Virus record (IMG/VR): IMGVR_UViG_3300032087_005679
Location: 1-64,000 of that record
Source: a virus
DNA: 64,000 nt
Reading direction: 5' to 3' (one strand)
Shown piece by piece: positions 1 through 7,537 of the stretch (its first letter is position 1; every line of letters starts with the position of its first letter). The notes under the pieces are model-generated. The model did no database searches. It was not told the origin of the DNA and saw only the letters and a program-made list of their open reading frames with translations. A program made the translations under genes and the position numbers.

Positions 1-124
1 TATTTACATCTGAAAATGTTATGAGGAAGTCTGGGTTTCCAATCGCAGATATAATCATATCCTTGTTAGGATGTTGTGTAATCTGTAATTCTTCGTCTAT
101 AAGTTGGTCGATTATGGAACTCAT
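1..124 (-). CDS. Hypothetical protein, N-terminal part only (runs off the window); MSSIIDQLIDEEL...
   Basis: ATG at 124, 3 nt after the TAA of the preceding gene; frame open to position 1; not in the ORF track. Confidence 0.7.
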   Translation of the reverse strand, partial: MSSIIDQLIDEELQITQHPNKDMIISAIGNPDFLITFSDVN

Positions 125-127
125 GTA

Positions 128-715
128 TTACCACTTCCTGCAAGACCAGTAACGAGCCTTTGTCTTAGGTCCTGGATTATCGCAGTTGTGGCGAGCACGG
201 AACGATTTACGGCGTTCAGGGTTAGACTTCTTAATCCTCATATTGGGATCACCGAAGTTTACTTTCTTAACATTGCCAGTCTTGGGATCTTTAACATAAA
301 CTTTAAATTTCTTTACGTCCCCACGCATTGGCTTGTTGAGTGTGACTTTGCGTCCTTGATATTCAGCCTCTACAAGTGTGTCGTCCCAAAACTCTATGTC
401 TTCAGCCAGAGTTCCATCATCATAAGATGCGTCCTCAATATGACAATATTCCACACTTTCTGTTTTTGTTCCAGAAGTCAAGAGGTAATCACGGCAAGCA
501 TTCATATGAGATGCTGCTACAGCGAGTTTGTTAGTCCACCAAGTTGGGAGTGCTTGGTCTTCTGGGACCATTTGAAGAGCCTGGAGAATTTCAGCAGCAT
601 CTTCACCGATGGTTAATAGGTCGCTCCTAGAAGATGGGACATCTGTGTGCCCTGCTTCTTTTAGGATTTCTTCCCTAATAATTTCTAATAGTTGAGACTT
701 TGCAATCTTCATCAT
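128..715 (-). CDS. Modular small phage protein (leader, helical domain, basic Cys/Trp C-terminal domain); probable internal head protein
   Basis: MKIAKSQLLEIIREEILKE leader; C-terminal ...ERRKSFRARHNCD...KARYWSCRKW module of a type I recognise from marine myoviruses; ATGA overlap with upstream gene. Confidence 0.75.
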   Translation of the reverse strand: MMKIAKSQLLEIIREEILKEAGHTDVPSSRSDLLTIGEDAAEILQALQMVPEDQALPTWWTNKLAVAASHMNACRDYLLTSGTKTESVEYCHIEDASYDDGTLAEDIEFWDDTLVEAEYQGRKVTLNKPMRGDVKKFKVYVKDPKTGNVKKVNFGDPNMRIKKSNPERRKSFRARHNCDNPGPKTKARYWSCRKW

Positions 716-999
716 AATTCTCCCTTTAGTAGCCCTTCAATATCAATTCCCAAGTGCTTTTGAAGAGCCGCATTCATTTGTGTTTTTACTTCTTGGAATT
801 CCTCTGGTGTTCGACCAGTTTCAGCAGGCCAGTCATCCATATCAAGGACCCAGTCTTGCCCTGCGTCATCCAAAGCATTTTCAATTTTCATCTTAAAATC
901 AGCGTGTTTTCCAAAATCTGCATCTCTATCGACAGATGCTTCTACATCGTAGTCAAATTCTTTTAGATACTTCCGCCATTCTGTTAGTAGTTTTTTCAT
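712..999 (-). CDS. Small acidic hypothetical protein with MKKLLTEWRKYLKE leader
   Basis: Overlaps both neighbours by ATGA; upstream AAGG; amphipathic leader. Confidence 0.8.
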   Translation of the reverse strand: MKKLLTEWRKYLKEFDYDVEASVDRDADFGKHADFKMKIENALDDAGQDWVLDMDDWPAETGRTPEEFQEVKTQMNAALQKHLGIDIEGLLKGEL

Positions 1000-1511
1000 C
1001 CTTTTTTACCTGCCTTTGATTTTTTGCCGTAGTTGCCTCGTTCTCCGCACGCTGATGGTGTGGGTCGGCACTTCGGATATTTTGCTCGTTTTTCGCCGCT
1101 TTCACGACCACAGGCACTACATTTCTTTCTGCCTGTCTTTTTGTCTTTGCGGCAAGTATTGCAATCTACCCAGCCGCTTTTGCCACCCTTTTCGCCCTTA
1201 CGTCCAAACCAATCCCTAAGACTGGTTTCTGAAGAAGGCTTTTTTGTGAGCTTTCGCTTTTCGTCTAGCTTTGAGAGTTCTGCCTCTACTAGTTCTCTAA
1301 TGCGATCACGGTCAATGTTTTCTTTTTTGCTGTTTCCCCAGTTTTTGGCACCGACTTTGCGGCACTTAACTAGGGCACCAGAAGCATAGGCTGAGGGCCA
1401 TACTTTGTAGCGTGATTTTACCTTGTGATAGCAAGCGTCCTTCTTGCCTTCTTTTTCAGCTAGTAGTTCTTCTTCTACTATCTTTCGTAATTCGTCTAAT
1501 GATATCTTCAC
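996..1511 (-). CDS. Highly basic, Cys-rich two-module protein; probable DNA-binding internal head protein
   Basis: Start reassigned to GTG 1511 (AGGAGG 6 nt upstream) giving MKISLDELRKIVEEELLAE; modules KDACYHKVKSRYKVWPSAYASG and SLRDWFGRK..CNTC..CSAC..CRP. Confidence 0.8.
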   Translation of the reverse strand: MKISLDELRKIVEEELLAEKEGKKDACYHKVKSRYKVWPSAYASGALVKCRKVGAKNWGNSKKENIDRDRIRELVEAELSKLDEKRKLTKKPSSETSLRDWFGRKGEKGGKSGWVDCNTCRKDKKTGRKKCSACGRESGEKRAKYPKCRPTPSACGERGNYGKKSKAGKKG

Positions 1512-1521
1512 TGAGTGCCTC

Positions 1522-2469
1522 CTACATGGACAAAGCAATCCTCAATAAATAGGCATCTGAATCAATAAAAGGAGCCTTTTCTTTACGTTGCTGAAACACC
1601 TCTCTGGGCATCTCTCCAATGTCTTTATAACCTGAAGTGTCCATCATGCGGACCTCTATGTCGTAAGCCAACAATGCTTTTACAAGTCGCATCGCTTTTT
1701 TCTGAGCATCAGCATCCAACCCAAGCAGCACTGGAGTATCGTTCTTCACAATCTTCCTGAAGAGTTTACTGTCTTCCCGAAGTGTTGAGCCGAGCAGTGG
1801 AATGCTGTTCTCACCAGCAACAATAGCATCAAACACACCTTCTACAAGTGTGACCTCTCGCTCCCAGTCAACCAGCAGTTCGTTAAAGATGATGTCTTTG
1901 TTCCCTGGTCCGTTGAGATAAGGAGGCCAGATATTAGGGTCATATGTGCGGGAAGTAAAAAAGTTACAATAACCTTCTTCGTCAAATGATGGGAGAATAA
2001 TTCTATTTTTATATTCCCCACTTCCACAGTAGCCAATCTTCCAATACAGAATATCTTTTTCTGTTACCCCTCGTTTGTAAAGGTAGTTGAAGACCAGTCG
2101 TGATGACGGTGGGTGAGATCGACCAGTAAGTGTTTTGAACTCATTTGGAAGGTCAATTCGTTGACTAGTTTCTTCTTCCTTGGCGAATAGGTTGTCTAGG
2201 TCGCCTAACTCAATGTCGGCATCAAAATCTTTCCATCTATTGATGTGAGAAAAGTCGCCCCAACGCCTGACAAGGCGTCGTAAATTTTTGGTGCGGAAGT
2301 CACACGCCCAGCACTTCGCCACGTTCTTGTCAAAATTGACTGATAGTTTGGGCTTATGATGAGAACAGCAGCGGGAAGGGTAGAGATATTCCTTCCCCTG
2401 CTTGTACGGACGACCTAAGACCTCGTCAAGGATCTTCTTCTTTTTAGCTGAAGCTGGATCGTTGAACAA
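1522..2469 (-). CDS. DNA primase (DnaG-like; Zn finger plus TOPRIM)
   Basis: CCSHH...CWAC zinc-binding region, YLYKRG, RIILP, TOPRIM VEGVFDAI, LLGS, LDAD, KDIGE; TTG start directly after upstream TAA. Confidence 0.9.
   Translation of the reverse strand: MFNDPASAKKKKILDEVLGRPYKQGKEYLYPSRCCSHHKPKLSVNFDKNVAKCWACDFRTKNLRRLVRRWGDFSHINRWKDFDADIELGDLDNLFAKEEETSQRIDLPNEFKTLTGRSHPPSSRLVFNYLYKRGVTEKDILYWKIGYCGSGEYKNRIILPSFDEEGYCNFFTSRTYDPNIWPPYLNGPGNKDIIFNELLVDWEREVTLVEGVFDAIVAGENSIPLLGSTLREDSKLFRKIVKNDTPVLLGLDADAQKKAMRLVKALLAYDIEVRMMDTSGYKDIGEMPREVFQQRKEKAPFIDSDAYLLRIALSM
1546..1553 (-). promoter_or_regulatory. Candidate phage late promoter CCTATTTA
   Basis: Matches the recurrent (A/C)CTA(T/G/A)TTA motif; at the 3' end of primase, 34 nt before the start of the putative internal-protein cluster. 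Confidence 0.45.
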
Positions 2470-3075
2470 TTAGTACCCTAGTTCTTGGAGTTGCCTAATC
2501 GTATTATCCACATCATCTGGATTATGTTTAATAGCGATGCCACCACCCGCTCGGAACTCGTTGACGTATTTGTCTCGGTCGTCAATCAGAAGTCCTTGTT
2601 TTCCGTTCCAAACTCCGTAGGGTTCTTTACTATCAGAAAGATTGACTTTTTCTACTGGAAGTCCTAGTTCTCGCTCAACCCAGATTCGCTTACCAATCTT
2701 TGAACCTTCTTCCATGGGTGCCGACAAAATCTCAAGTCCTGGAATGTCCTTGATGTAGTCCCAAAGCTTTTTGCCGCCACGTTCCCAGCCGAGGTTCGCC
2801 CACAAATCGACATCGTTCTCAACGAGACGATACATGAAGTCTCTCGTGCGGTAGTTTCTTTTTAGGCTGCCCTCCATATCGGAGCGAGCAATATGCCAGC
2901 GGTTGATCTCTACGTCCCAGCCGCCAATCTCTTTGGCTGCTGAGCGAGCAAGTTTGTAATCAGGATGATCTGGTTGATTTTTTAGTTCCTGAAAACGTTT
3001 GTTCATGTACTTTAGAACGCCACCCTCAAAGTTGACGAGGACGCCATCCATATCGCTAAAGACTTGGTACTTCAT
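2470..3075 (-). CDS. HAD-superfamily 5'(3')-deoxyribonucleotidase-like hydrolase
   Basis: Motif I FSDMDGVL, ILSAP, GKRIW, motif IV LLIDDR; start reassigned to ATG 3075 with GGAGGT SD. Confidence 0.88.
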   Translation of the reverse strand: MKYQVFSDMDGVLVNFEGGVLKYMNKRFQELKNQPDHPDYKLARSAAKEIGGWDVEINRWHIARSDMEGSLKRNYRTRDFMYRLVENDVDLWANLGWERGGKKLWDYIKDIPGLEILSAPMEEGSKIGKRIWVERELGLPVEKVNLSDSKEPYGVWNGKQGLLIDDRDKYVNEFRAGGGIAIKHNPDDVDNTIRQLQELGY

Positions 3076-3094
3076 AGGAGCACCTCCCTTCAGC

Positions 3095-3125
3095 ATTATA
3101 ATAGCATATGTTTTTAATAGGTCAA
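3095..3125 (-). promoter_or_regulatory. Sigma70-like promoter for the HAD-primase unit
   Basis: TTGACC (3125-3120) followed by TG-C-TATTAT (16-nt spacer) or TATAAT (3100-3095, 19-nt spacer) upstream of a strong SD. Confidence 0.55.
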
Positions 3126-3130
3126 GAAGT

Positions 3131-3484
3131 TTATTTATCTTCTTGTGCGTCAAGATAGGCTGCTATAGCCATCTGTTGCTTTTTCTTTTTTGATTTGCCC
3201 TTGAACTGTGGGGCTTTTGATTTACGGAAATCGTCAACATATTCGCCGGCTGTTGCATCTTTGCCAAGCTTTTCTGTCATTTCATCATCACGGTTTGCTG
3301 CATCTCTCTCAGCGTCACGCAGTTTCATCTTGACTTGGTTCAAGATTGATGTAACTTCGGAACGTTCTAAGTTTGACAATGTAGCAAATATTGAAGAAAC
3401 CTTCTCTTCTTCCTCGTCGGATCCAAGAGCCTCGTTGATCTGCTCCTTGATTAGGTTTCTAATAATTTCTTTTGTTAGTTTCAT
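3131..3484 (-). CDS. Small modular protein with MKLTKEIIRNLIKEQINE leader and basic C-terminal module; probable internal head protein
   Basis: Leader similar to neighbours; C-terminal YVDDFRKSKAPQFKGKSKKKKQQMAIAAY module; late-promoter motif 4 nt upstream. Confidence 0.8.
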   Translation of the reverse strand: MKLTKEIIRNLIKEQINEALGSDEEEEKVSSIFATLSNLERSEVTSILNQVKMKLRDAERDAANRDDEMTEKLGKDATAGEYVDDFRKSKAPQFKGKSKKKKQQMAIAAYLDAQEDK

Positions 3485-3488
3485 AAAA

Positions 3489-3496
3489 TAAATAGT
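3489..3496 (-). promoter_or_regulatory. Candidate phage late promoter ACTATTTA
   Basis: Intergenic, exactly 4 nt before ATG 3484, no SD. Confidence 0.6.
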
Positions 3497-3499
3497 TTG

Positions 3500-4135
3500 T
3501 TAACTATCAATTTTCATCTTTGTTGTCAAGAATCCTTTAGAATCTTTATTCTTTATTAAGGATTCCGCATACCTAGCAATAACTATTGCGTCGGCACGAT
3601 CATCTACACCCTTAGAGTAGTTAACCCCATTCCTGTTGAAAGACCACGAAAACTTTGTCCCCTCTTTTTCGATGACTTTTTCAACTACCATTTTCTTTCT
3701 CGCTGCACTCTTAGTGCCACGAGGGAAAATAAGACCATAGTTAGTTCTTGCTTTACTCACATTTACTAAGATTGGCTTTATTCCAAAAATCTCATAACAG
3801 TTCCAACTCACCAAACCATTGAATCTAGCTAGAGCTAGCAAAATGTTAAGATTACTATTGAACCTGTGAGATAATCCACGCACAAAATCTTCGATGTATA
3901 TTTCTGTTATGTTATATTCTAACGACAACTGGTAAAGCTCAGCGGCTACAGCTTCTGCCTTAGTGAAGGAATCGGGATACTCTTTCTTGTCACCAATGTT
4001 CCAATTGGTACTAAGTAGGAGTTCTCTTTTTTCTGTTGTTATTTTGCTTCCATTGAAATCAACTGTTTGTGTCTCAGGTTCGCCCAGAACACAAACACCT
4101 ATCATGGTTGTAGATACATCAAGTCCTAAAATCAT
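3500..4135 (-). CDS. RuvC-like Holliday junction resolvase
   Basis: RNase H-fold motifs MILGLDVSTT..G, IYIED, DRADAIVIA; start ATG 4135 (alternative GTG 4150). Confidence 0.82.
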   Translation of the reverse strand: MILGLDVSTTMIGVCVLGEPETQTVDFNGSKITTEKRELLLSTNWNIGDKKEYPDSFTKAEAVAAELYQLSLEYNITEIYIEDFVRGLSHRFNSNLNILLALARFNGLVSWNCYEIFGIKPILVNVSKARTNYGLIFPRGTKSAARKKMVVEKVIEKEGTKFSWSFNRNGVNYSKGVDDRADAIVIARYAESLIKNKDSKGFLTTKMKIDS

Positions 4136-4146
4136 ACCTGATGGTA

Positions 4147-5343
4147 TCACATGTCTAAGTTTAACTTAAACGTGAAACTATCAATTTCTTTTTTTAACAC
4201 TGGGTTTGCTAATTTAGCTACACCTATCAAATTTTTATCTTCGTCAAAAATTCCTATCTTAGTTATGAAAACTTGTTTTTCAAACTCTTTCTCATAGTCA
4301 CAATAGTCGCTTTGTACTGTGTTTTTTATCTCTATGTTGCTTGGCTCTACGTAACCATTTTCCCCTGATGTAATTTGCTGAGTCCAGTGTGATGCTGAGT
4401 ATGCTAGCCATGTTGGGTTCAGAGAATTGTTCGCTTCGCCAGCTTGAGCGGTTGCAAACATTGTCATAGTTGGGATTTTATGATGACCCTCAAATTCTAA
4501 CGAATAAAGACTTGCTGTTGCAGCAGATACATTATTGGCATACTGTAGCCATGTAGGAGGCTCTAAATCACCAGACCCTACGTAATCGTCTAGATTGTCC
4601 CCATATTCAGAAATTGCAGCAGATGATGTTAGCAAAATAAAACCTTCATTATACAAAACAACACCAACCGTTGAGCCGCTTGTTGGTCCAAGTGTTGAGA
4701 CTAATTCTCCATTTTGTTTATGATCTGTGGCTTGCCCTATCAAGGTACCAGTGTAGTAAAATTTTAAATCAACTGTTCCTTTTTCAATCCCGTCCGAGTA
4801 AAACACAGAAGGAACCTGAAGCATATTAACAGCACCAGTAACATAACTTCCAGTATATGCGTAACTATCGCTTATGTAGCGATAGTAGTCCATTGTGTTT
4901 TTTAGGGAAATAAGTCCACGGCGAGCATCCGCATATTCGTCTAATTGCTGTTCATAAACACTAACGCTTTCGCCAAGCACTGGTAGTTCTAATGGTTCTA
5001 TATAGTTCCTACTGATCGAAGAGGTCATTGGATAATAACCGTCGATTTGAGAACCTACAGATAAATCATTATAAGCAGATCCAGTAACAGTATTGGAACC
5101 AAGATTTATTGTATTATTATAGCCATCTTTAATGATAAAGGGCTTTATAAGCTGTTGATTTACTCCGTCTCTATCAACGTTATACTCAAATAGACTAACA
5201 GATCCTGTTGGGATATTTCTCCCCAAATCTCTCTCTTTGTTTAGGTATGTTTCACCTTCATACATAATAAGTTCATATGATGGCTTAGCCACCATACGAT
5301 TTATCAATATATCGTTTGGACCAAATAAATGAAGGTAGGACAT
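4147..5343 (-). CDS. Virion tail/baseplate structural protein (paralogue of 5356..6432)
   Basis: C-terminal FITKIGIFDEDKNLIGVAKLANPVLK motif shared with neighbour; GVVLYNEG motif; context. Confidence 0.65.
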   Translation of the reverse strand: MSYLHLFGPNDILINRMVAKPSYELIMYEGETYLNKERDLGRNIPTGSVSLFEYNVDRDGVNQQLIKPFIIKDGYNNTINLGSNTVTGSAYNDLSVGSQIDGYYPMTSSISRNYIEPLELPVLGESVSVYEQQLDEYADARRGLISLKNTMDYYRYISDSYAYTGSYVTGAVNMLQVPSVFYSDGIEKGTVDLKFYYTGTLIGQATDHKQNGELVSTLGPTSGSTVGVVLYNEGFILLTSSAAISEYGDNLDDYVGSGDLEPPTWLQYANNVSAATASLYSLEFEGHHKIPTMTMFATAQAGEANNSLNPTWLAYSASHWTQQITSGENGYVEPSNIEIKNTVQSDYCDYEKEFEKQVFITKIGIFDEDKNLIGVAKLANPVLKKEIDSFTFKLNLDM

Positions 5344-5355
5344 TTATACCCCCTT

Positions 5356-6432
5356 CTAGTAATCGTTCCTAACTCTTAGTATTAGCTCGCCGGAAGGTGT
5401 CTTCTTGATTGGCTCACTAAGTTTAGCAACACTTAGCAAAGCATTGTCTTCACTGTATAGACCAACCGTGGTTATGTATGACACAGGATTGTCAGCAGCA
5501 ACTTCTTTTACCCTCATCTTACTAGCGCTTAGATAAGTTGGGTTACTACTAAAGTTAAAGTCACCGTTGTTTAGCCTACAGAAGTAAATTGTAGAGTTAA
5601 GTTCTGTCGTATTATTGAAAGTAACGTTCTGCATTCTATGCCTGAAGGCATCACAGGCACCACTAATACTACTACTAACCAAAAGCGGAAGGGGTAGTAG
5701 ACCACCAGAGGTCATCTCACAGTCCTCTACAAAGTCGCTCAAGAAAACAGAAGCTGTAAGAACAGCAACACCAGCTTGATAAAAGAGTAGACCGCAAGGT
5801 TTTGGAGAGGCTGTTGGGAATCCTGAACCTGTTGCGTATAGGACATTGTATTCTCCGGCAGGAGAATTGGTAAAATATCCGTTTGGACCGTCTTTATCAT
5901 AAACAGTTAGGGTTTTGCCAAAAGGATTAGCATATGAGGCGCTAACTCCAAGAGTTAGTGTAAAACCATCCGCTTGTTTCTGGATTTCGTCCTTTGTCAG
6001 GAGTCTTGCAAAATTCATTGCAAACACTTCATTCATATTGTCTAGCACAATACCACTAGAAAAGTTACCACTAACGTTAAGACGATTGATACTTCCAGTA
6101 CTATCGTATCCAGCTAGAATTTGAGACAACTCATTGTAGATATCATTCTTTTGCTCTCTCATGTCAATGACCAGAGATCCAGATAGAAGCGAATCAGTCA
6201 CCCAGCCTGCTGTTAGGTCAATAATATGATTTGCAGAGGAACTTAAGTATGGATAATCATAAACACTCTGGAACATTCCGTGAGTGTAGTTCTTGATGTT
6301 TTCTTCGTTTGGATGGGCTCCAGCATATGTGCCAGAAACAATAGTACCTGTAATTGGGACAGACTCGTGAAGTTTTGTCCTTGTATAGGTAATATCAGTA
6401 TTTGAGTTTAGTGTTTTAAAACTAGTTGCCAT
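5356..6432 (-). CDS. Virion tail/baseplate structural protein (paralogue of 4147..5343)
   Basis: C-terminal YITTVGLYSEDNALLSVAKLSEPIKK; GLLFYQAG; FNFSSNPTY. Confidence 0.65.
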   Translation of the reverse strand: MATSFKTLNSNTDITYTRTKLHESVPITGTIVSGTYAGAHPNEENIKNYTHGMFQSVYDYPYLSSSANHIIDLTAGWVTDSLLSGSLVIDMREQKNDIYNELSQILAGYDSTGSINRLNVSGNFSSGIVLDNMNEVFAMNFARLLTKDEIQKQADGFTLTLGVSASYANPFGKTLTVYDKDGPNGYFTNSPAGEYNVLYATGSGFPTASPKPCGLLFYQAGVAVLTASVFLSDFVEDCEMTSGGLLPLPLLVSSSISGACDAFRHRMQNVTFNNTTELNSTIYFCRLNNGDFNFSSNPTYLSASKMRVKEVAADNPVSYITTVGLYSEDNALLSVAKLSEPIKKTPSGELILRVRNDY

Positions 6433-6444
6433 AATTATTTCCCG

Positions 6445-7470
6445 TTATGATGTCTGCTTCAAGAGTTTGAGAGGTATTTCCAAGCGTGAACCAGTTGTTG
6501 TCCCAGTTACTCTAACAACAGTATTGATGTATTTGAACGAGAGCGGCGTACCATTGATGGTTATAGAAGTTGTGCCGCCGAGAGTGTCAAATAAATATGT
6601 GCTGTTCTGCAACTGAACGTCATTTTGTGATCTGAGAGAGAAGACAAGCCTGCTTCCGAGTCTGCCTGTCTGATCGTTAAGACCTATCTCGGATCTTTCA
6701 ACTCTCAACACGCCATCTTGTTGGATAGTGTCAAATTCTGGTTGTGCTCTTCCGCCAAGACCGCTTGGCTGTGAAGCAAAATATTCGCTGTTATTATTAA
6801 TAGACAACATATAAGATGCTATGTTGTCGTCGTCAATAAAAGAAGGCTGGGCTACAGGTCGTGGATTAGCTCCCATCGTTGTAGCCAAAGACAACAACCT
6901 GTGATCCATCTCAACCATGTAACTGGTTTCAAAAAGGCTTTGTTGTTGTTCGTTTCTGCCGTACAAAACCCCAACCGTTAGGTCACCAGTATCTAGCCCT
7001 TGATCACAAATTAGTCTTGATTCAACAGACGTCGCACCTGGGTGTGCCAATCGGTAACCCGCAGGTGAAGTGCCATTGTTTGCATTGGTTATGGCTGTAG
7101 ATGTTGTAGAATCTACTGATACATAGTAGCCGCCAGGGACGCCTGCTGCGGTAGATGACTCATTTTTTGTATTGAGTTTTACTACTGGTAGGTAAAGTAA
7201 AGAATTATCTGTGTATGTTACAAGACGATTTTTTAGAGATGTAGTATTGTTTGTGAAAGCTTCAAAAACTGGTAGCTTGAGAATTCTTAGATCTTCATAG
7301 CCAGAACCACTAGTTGGACTTGTATTATACAAAGAATAATCAACTTCGTCATCACCAACTGCAAATTTTGTAATTCTAAAACTGCCATCTCCCAGAGCAA
7401 GTCTTCGGCGACCTTCGTCGGTCAAGACGGCATCTAATATAATATCTCCACTATTGTCTAAAAATCCCAT
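6445..7470 (-). CDS. Virion tail structural protein with tail-fibre-anchor-like N-terminus
   Basis: N-terminal VLTDEGRRRLALGDGSFRITKFAVGDDEVDY, paralogous to the N-terminus of 14336..15265. Confidence 0.6.
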   Translation of the reverse strand: MGFLDNSGDIILDAVLTDEGRRRLALGDGSFRITKFAVGDDEVDYSLYNTSPTSGSGYEDLRILKLPVFEAFTNNTTSLKNRLVTYTDNSLLYLPVVKLNTKNESSTAAGVPGGYYVSVDSTTSTAITNANNGTSPAGYRLAHPGATSVESRLICDQGLDTGDLTVGVLYGRNEQQQSLFETSYMVEMDHRLLSLATTMGANPRPVAQPSFIDDDNIASYMLSINNNSEYFASQPSGLGGRAQPEFDTIQQDGVLRVERSEIGLNDQTGRLGSRLVFSLRSQNDVQLQNSTYLFDTLGGTTSITINGTPLSFKYINTVVRVTGTTTGSRLEIPLKLLKQTS

Positions 7471-7506
7471 AACATATCCTTTTTGAATCTACCAATCGGT
7501 TCCTAA

Positions 7507-7514
7507 TAAATAGT
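7507..7514 (-). promoter_or_regulatory. Candidate phage late promoter ACTATTTA
   Basis: In the 67-nt intergenic gap upstream of 7470 (which has an AAGGA SD). Confidence 0.55.
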
Positions 7515-7537
7515 TCCGATTTATCAATTTCATTCAT

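Noticed and set aside
3500-4135. TnpB/Cas12 or transposase
   Set aside because: Only ~210 aa with no zinc finger, wedge domain or terminal repeats; fits a resolvase
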